Below are positions 59,109-64,000 of a stretch of 64,000 nt of DNA, one piece after another. The DNA is from Burkholderiales bacterium (lineage in GTDB: Bacteria; Pseudomonadota; Gammaproteobacteria; Burkholderiales; Rhodocyclaceae). Each line of letters opens with the position of its first letter. Positions within the stretch are counted from its first letter, which is position 1. Under the pieces are notes generated by a model. That model was given only the letters and a program-made list of their open reading frames with translations, searched no databases and was not told where the DNA came from. Location of the stretch: assembly GCA_038203745.1 (NCBI GenBank), contig JBBRDR010000001.1:12357-76356 (forward strand), in the 5' to 3' direction. Made by a program: the position numbers and the translations under genes.

Positions 59109-62100
59109 TTACAGCAGAACCCGCTCAATGCCGCCCGCGTTGGCGTTATTCAGGTAGTTTTCCATCCAGTTTTCACCGAGCAGGTTTCTGGCCATTTCCA
59201 CTACGACGTAATCTGCTTGAGTGCCCGCATCATCGTTATAGCGCGACAGGCCTTGCAGGCAGGAGGGGCAGGACGTCAAGAGCTTCACCTTGCCGTTGAA
59301 ACCATCGGCCCGGAGTTTGTCGGCGCCCTTTTCAATTTCTTCCTGCTTGCGGAAGCGTACCTGAGTCGATATGTCCGGGCGCGTCACAGCCAGCGTACCG
59401 GATTCACCGCAGCAGCGATCCGAAAGCTCAACCGGTTGGCCCATCAGCGCGTTGGTGACTTTGATTCCAGACATCGTCTTCATCGGCGCGTGACAAGGCT
59501 CGTGGTACATGTAGCGGGTGCCGCTGACCCCGTCGAGTTTGACGCCTTTCTCAAATAGGTACTCGTGAATATCAAGCAGGCGACAACCCGGGAATATCTT
59601 GTCGAACTGATACTTCAACAGTTGATCCATACAGGTGCCGCAGGAAACGATCACCGTGTTGATGTCGAGATAGTTCAGCGTATTGGCGACGCGATGAAAG
59701 AGGACGCGGTTGTCGGTGGTGATCTTCTGCCCCTGAGCGGATTCGCCAGCCGCGATTTGCGGGTAGCCGCAGCAGAGGTAGCCGGGTGGCAAGACTGTTT
59801 GTGCGCCAATTTCGTAAAGCATGGCCTGTGTGGCCAGACCAACCTGCGAAAACAGGCGTTCGGAGCCGCAGCCAGGAAAATAAAAAACGGCATCACCATC
59901 GTAATTTGCGGCACTGACCTTACGCGGGTCGCGGATGACGGGGACGATCTTTTCGTCTTCGATATCGAGCAGGGCGCGCGAAGTCCGTTTGGGCAGTCCA
60001 CCAGGCATCGGCTTGTTGATGAAGTGGATTATTTGCGAGCGTAGCGTCGGCGGCCCTAGTGTGGCCGGCGGTTGTTTGACCTGCTGCTGAATCAGGCCAA
60101 AGGACTTGGCCAGCTTGTGTGCCATGCGCTGCCCGGCATAACTCCAGTCGATCATGAACTTGCGTACCAGGCGGATCGTCGCCGGATCCTTCATGGTCAG
60201 AAAGGCCATCGCCGCGGCCTTGGCCGGAACAAATTTCTTCTTGCCCTGCTCGCGCAGAAAGTTGCGCATGCGAATCGAAACGTCACCGAAATCGATATCA
60301 ACCGGGCACGGACTGGCGCATTTATGACATATGGTGCAGTGATCTGCGACATCGTTGAACTCGTCGAAGTGCATCAGCGAAATGCCGCGCCGCGTCTGTT
60401 CTTCGTAGAGAAAGGCCTCGATCAGCAGCGAGGTGGCGAGAATCTTGTTGCGCGGCGAGTAGAGCAGGTTGGCGCGTGGTACATGAGTCGAGCAGACCGG
60501 CTTGCATTTGCCGCAGCGCAGACAGTCCTTGATCATCGTCGAGATGTCGCCGATTTCGGACTGCTCCATGATCAGCGATTCCGTGCCGAGCAGTGAAAAC
60601 GATGGCGTGTAGGCTTTGGCCAGATCACCCCCGGCAAGCAGTTTGCCTTTGTTGAAATGCCCTTGCGGATCGATTCTTTGCTTGTAGGTGCGGAAGGGAG
60701 CAATCTCAGTCTCGGTGAGGAATTCCAGCTTGGTAATCCCGATGCCGTGTTCGCCGGAAATGACGCCATCGAGCGAACGCGCCAAGGCCATGATGCGCGC
60801 TACCGCCACGTTGGCCGTTTGCAGCATCGCGTAGTTGTCTGAGTTGACCGGAATGTTGGTGTGCACGTTGCCGTCACCTGCGTGCATGTGCAAAGCCACA
60901 AAAACCCGGCCACGGAGCGTTTCTTTTTGAATTTCCTCAATCCGTTCGAGAACGGGACGGAAAACGCTGCCGTCGAAAATAGCTTCGAGCTGTGGCCTCA
61001 ACTCGGACTTCCATGACACACGCACCGAGTAGTCCTGCAGCCGGTGGAATAGCACCGGGTCGGCCGCTTTGTTGGTGAGTGTGCCGGCCTTGATGTTAAA
61101 CAGGCTGAACTGACCTTCGGCCTGCGTCAAAGGCAGGTCGAGATGGTCCAGCAGCCACTGCCAGCGTGTGCGAACACTATCAACAGCCTCGAGAGCTGCC
61201 TGCCGCTGGTCACCAATCAACAGTGCATTATCAAGATTGGCATCGCCACGATAAAGAGGTAGCTCGCCCTGCAGAAACTCAGCCAGGTTGTCGCACAGCG
61301 TCAGTTTGTTCTGTGTCGACAGTTCGATATTGATGCGCTCGATGCCATCGCAGTAGTCGCCCATGCGCGGTAGCGGAATGACTACGTCTTCATTGAGCTT
61401 GAAGGCGTTGGTGTGACGGGAAATAGCGGCGGTGCGTGATCGATCGAGCCAGAACTTGCGACGCGTGTCAGCATCAACAGCGATGAAACCCTCGGCCGAA
61501 CGCAGGTTGCACAGGCGAACAACATCCGAAGCGGCCGCCATGACCGCATTTTCGTCGTGCCCGACAATGTCACCGATGAGTACCATCTTCGGCCGGCCGC
61601 TGGTGCTTTGTCGTCCCTTGGCCTTGGTCGCATAGCCCACTGCACGCACATACCGTTCGTCCATATGCTCCAGACCGGCCAGTAAAACATTGGACTGATG
61701 ACCGGCGCCACCCGCTTTGAAGTAATCGGTGATCTCGACAATGGCCGGTACAGCTTCACGCACCTGACCGAAAAACTCCAGGCAGACGGTGCGCGTGTGC
61801 GGTGGCATCTTGTGTAGAATCCAGCGGGCGGCAACGATCAGACCGTCAGTGCCTTCTTTCTGGATGCCGGGCAGGCCGGAAAGAAACTTGTCGGTGACAT
61901 CCTTGCCCAGCCCGGCCTTGCGAAATGTGTGACCGGGGATTTCAAGCAGTTCGGGGTCGCCAAAAGCGGTCGTACCGTCCTTACGAAAACGCCGGATCTC
62001 AAAGCGTGCAACCGCCTGTTCATGGATCTTGCCGAAGTTGTGGTTGAGGCGCGTCACTTCCATGATATGGCCGTCTGGATCGACCATTTTCCACCACGCC

Positions 62101-62984
62101 AGATTGTCGAGCGCGGTTCCCCACAGCACCGCTTTTTTGCCGCCGGCGTTCATGGCGATGTTGCCGCCGATGCATGAAGCGCTGGCGGAGGTTGGATCGA
62201 CCGCAAAAACGCGGCCAGCGGTACTGGCGGCTTCGGATACGCGTTCGGTGACAACGCCTGCACCTGTGCGAATGGTGGCGTAGGGCTGGTTGCAGCCGGG
62301 TAACACTCTCTCCTCAACCGGGCCGATGTCGATCAGCTTTTCAGTATTGATGACGACCGAGAGTGGCGTCAGCGGGACGGCGCTGCCGGTGTAGCCGGTG
62401 CCGCCGCCGCGCGGGATGATGGTCAATCCCAATTCGATGCAACAGCGCACCAACGGCGCCATCTCTTCTTCGTTATCCGGATAAAGAACAACAAAGGGGT
62501 ATTCGACACGCCAGTCTGTGGCGTCAGTGACGTGCGATACCCGTGCCAGGCCGTCAAAAGCAATGTTGTCACGCCGGGTGTGCCGGATTAGCGTTTTCAA
62601 CACCCGCTTGCGCAAGGCGGCGGTGTCCGTGAAATGGCGCTCAAACGCATTGACCGCCGTTTGCGCCGCGTCATACAGGCTGAGAACCTTGTCGTTGCCT
62701 TGCCGGCGCTTATCGATCTCGTTCAGGCGGTGGCGCAGTGCCTGAACCAGCGCTTCGCGCCGCTGCCGGTTGGCCAGAAGGTCATCTTCCAGATAGGGAT
62801 TGCGCTGAACGACCCAGATGTCACCCAGAACCTCATAGAGCATTCGTGCCGAACGTCCGGTCACGCGCTGGCTGCGCAGCTCGTCGAGAATAGCCCAGTT
62901 CTCTGCACCGAGCAGGCGAATAACAATTTCTCGGTCGGAGAAGGAAGTGTAGTTGTACGGGATTTCGCGCAGACGGGCGCTCAT
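59109..62984 (-). CDS. Large FAD-binding/Fe-S oxidoreductase (DUF3683, FAD-oxidase, 4Fe-4S, CCG domains)
   Basis: [57 protein letters not shown] and CCG motifs. Confidence 0.9.
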   Translation of the reverse strand: MSARLREIPYNYTSFSDREIVIRLLGAENWAILDELRSQRVTGRSARMLYEVLGDIWVVQRNPYLEDDLLANRQRREALVQALRHRLNEIDKRRQGNDKVLSLYDAAQTAVNAFERHFTDTAALRKRVLKTLIRHTRRDNIAFDGLARVSHVTDATDWRVEYPFVVLYPDNEEEMAPLVRCCIELGLTIIPRGGGTGYTGSAVPLTPLSVVINTEKLIDIGPVEERVLPGCNQPYATIRTGAGVVTERVSEAASTAGRVFAVDPTSASASCIGGNIAMNAGGKKAVLWGTALDNLAWWKMVDPDGHIMEVTRLNHNFGKIHEQAVARFEIRRFRKDGTTAFGDPELLEIPGHTFRKAGLGKDVTDKFLSGLPGIQKEGTDGLIVAARWILHKMPPHTRTVCLEFFGQVREAVPAIVEITDYFKAGGAGHQSNVLLAGLEHMDERYVRAVGYATKAKGRQSTSGRPKMVLIGDIVGHDENAVMAAASDVVRLCNLRSAEGFIAVDADTRRKFWLDRSRTAAISRHTNAFKLNEDVVIPLPRMGDYCDGIERINIELSTQNKLTLCDNLAEFLQGELPLYRGDANLDNALLIGDQRQAALEAVDSVRTRWQWLLDHLDLPLTQAEGQFSLFNIKAGTLTNKAADPVLFHRLQDYSVRVSWKSELRPQLEAIFDGSVFRPVLERIEEIQKETLRGRVFVALHMHAGDGNVHTNIPVNSDNYAMLQTANVAVARIMALARSLDGVISGEHGIGITKLEFLTETEIAPFRTYKQRIDPQGHFNKGKLLAGGDLAKAYTPSFSLLGTESLIMEQSEIGDISTMIKDCLRCGKCKPVCSTHVPRANLLYSPRNKILATSLLIEAFLYEEQTRRGISLMHFDEFNDVADHCTICHKCASPCPVDIDFGDVSIRMRNFLREQGKKKFVPAKAAAMAFLTMKDPATIRLVRKFMIDWSYAGQRMAHKLAKSFGLIQQQVKQPPATLGPPTLRSQIIHFINKPMPGGLPKRTSRALLDIEDEKIVPVIRDPRKVSAANYDGDAVFYFPGCGSERLFSQVGLATQAMLYEIGAQTVLPPGYLCCGYPQIAAGESAQGQKITTDNRVLFHRVANTLNYLDINTVIVSCGTCMDQLLKYQFDKIFPGCRLLDIHEYLFEKGVKLDGVSGTRYMYHEPCHAPMKTMSGIKVTNALMGQPVELSDRCCGESGTLAVTRPDISTQVRFRKQEEIEKGADKLRADGFNGKVKLLTSCPSCLQGLSRYNDDAGTQADYVVVEMARNLLGENWMENYLNNANAGGIERVLL

Positions 62985-63228
62985 GGCATTTCAGACCGGG
63001 CTAAAGCCTGAATTCTATCAGTACGGCAGTCCCTTAGGCCAAAGTTGGCAGGCCGTGCCGTGCCGTTCTGCCTGTTTGTCATTCATTATGGGTAATATCC
63101 GGCACATAACCCGCCTGTCACTTTCTGCAAAGCGATGCCCAAAGTATTCAATACCGACGTGGCAATGGAGTGTCCGGGGTCTGCGATACTGCTAGAATCG
63201 TCGCTTTCCAAGCAGACACCGAGTGGCC

Positions 63229-64000
63229 ATGCACCCCGATTACCTCGAAAAGATTCTCAACGCGCAGGTCTACGATGTTGCCGTAGAAACGCCGCTTGAT
63301 TACGCACCCAACCTGTCGGCGCGCATCGGTAACACCATCCTGTTCAAGCGCGAGGACATGCAGCCGGTGTTTTCCTTCAAATTGCGCGGGGCATATAACA
63401 AGATTGCCCAGCTTTCAGCCGAGCGTTTGAAGCGCGGCGTAATCTGCGCGTCGGCCGGCAACCATGCGCAAGGTGTGGCGCTTTCGGCGGCCAGGATCGG
63501 TTGCCGGGCGGTGATCGTCATGCCGACGACAACGCCGACCATTAAGATACAGGCCGTCAAGGCGCGCGGCGGCGAAGTTGTGCTGGTGGGTGATTCCTAC
63601 GACGAAGCCTATGCACATGCACTGGAGCTGGAAAAAGCCGAAAAACTGACTTTCGTCCATCCCTTTGACGACCCGGAGGTGATTGCCGGGCAAGGTACGA
63701 TTGGCATGGAAATTCTGCGCCAGCATCCAAAACCGATTCATGCGGTGTTCTGCTGTGTCGGCGGCGGCGGGCTGATTTCCGGCGTAGCGGCCTACATCAA
63801 GCGTTTGCGTCCGGAGACCAAAATCATCGGTGTCGAGGCGGTCGATGCCGACGCCATGACGCAATCGCTCAAGGCCGGCAAGCGCATTCGCCTGAAACAG
63901 GTCGGCTTGTTTGCCGACGGTGCGGCGGTGAAATATGTCGGAGAGGAAACCTTTCGTCTGTGCCAGCAATACGTTGATGAGATGGTACTGGTTGATACCG
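63229..64000 (+). CDS. ilvA: Biosynthetic threonine ammonia-lyase (5' partial, runs off window)
   Basis: [18 protein letters not shown]...[26 protein letters not shown] and [14 protein letters not shown]. Absent from the ORF track because no stop lies in the window. Confidence 0.96.
   Translation, partial: MHPDYLEKILNAQVYDVAVETPLDYAPNLSARIGNTILFKREDMQPVFSFKLRGAYNKIAQLSAERLKRGVICASAGNHAQGVALSAARIGCRAVIVMPTTTPTIKIQAVKARGGEVVLVGDSYDEAYAHALELEKAEKLTFVHPFDDPEVIAGQGTIGMEILRQHPKPIHAVFCCVGGGGLISGVAAYIKRLRPETKIIGVEAVDADAMTQSLKAGKRIRLKQVGLFADGAAVKYVGEETFRLCQQYVDEMVLVDT

Overview
Core chromosomal region of a betaproteobacterium; gene content suggests Rhodocyclales (inference). Left to right: the 3' end of a Rep/UvrD helicase, a DUF805 gene, an Ala/Lys/Pro-rich secreted protein, cytochrome c5, a flavin reductase and mutY; an enteric-type glucarate/galactarate cluster (FadR-type regulator, two tandem glucarate dehydratase paralogs, garL, glxR, tctCBA, an aldo-keto reductase, garD); an orphan REC-TPR regulator; an AfuABC-like ABC importer with a PHP phosphatase; mnmG-rsmG-parAB-atpIBEFHAGDC; an AEC transporter; a ~5.5 kb accessory islet; ubiJ-Tim44-ubiE-DUF971; phoBR with a Pho box; a complete pelABCDEFG operon preceded by a FimW/PilZ-like gene; a large FAD/Fe-S oxidoreductase; and the 5' part of ilvA. 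The best candidate for something new is the islet (34377-39909). It holds a low-GC AIPR gene and a compact nuclease-STAND-TPR (Avs/NLR-like) gene whose C-terminal SEC-C tail has decayed. It is bracketed by two ~200-bp degenerate modular repeat units in inverted orientation with nearly identical internal spacing, and I found no recombinase in the window. All alignments and motif calls were made by eye; no searches or statistics were run.
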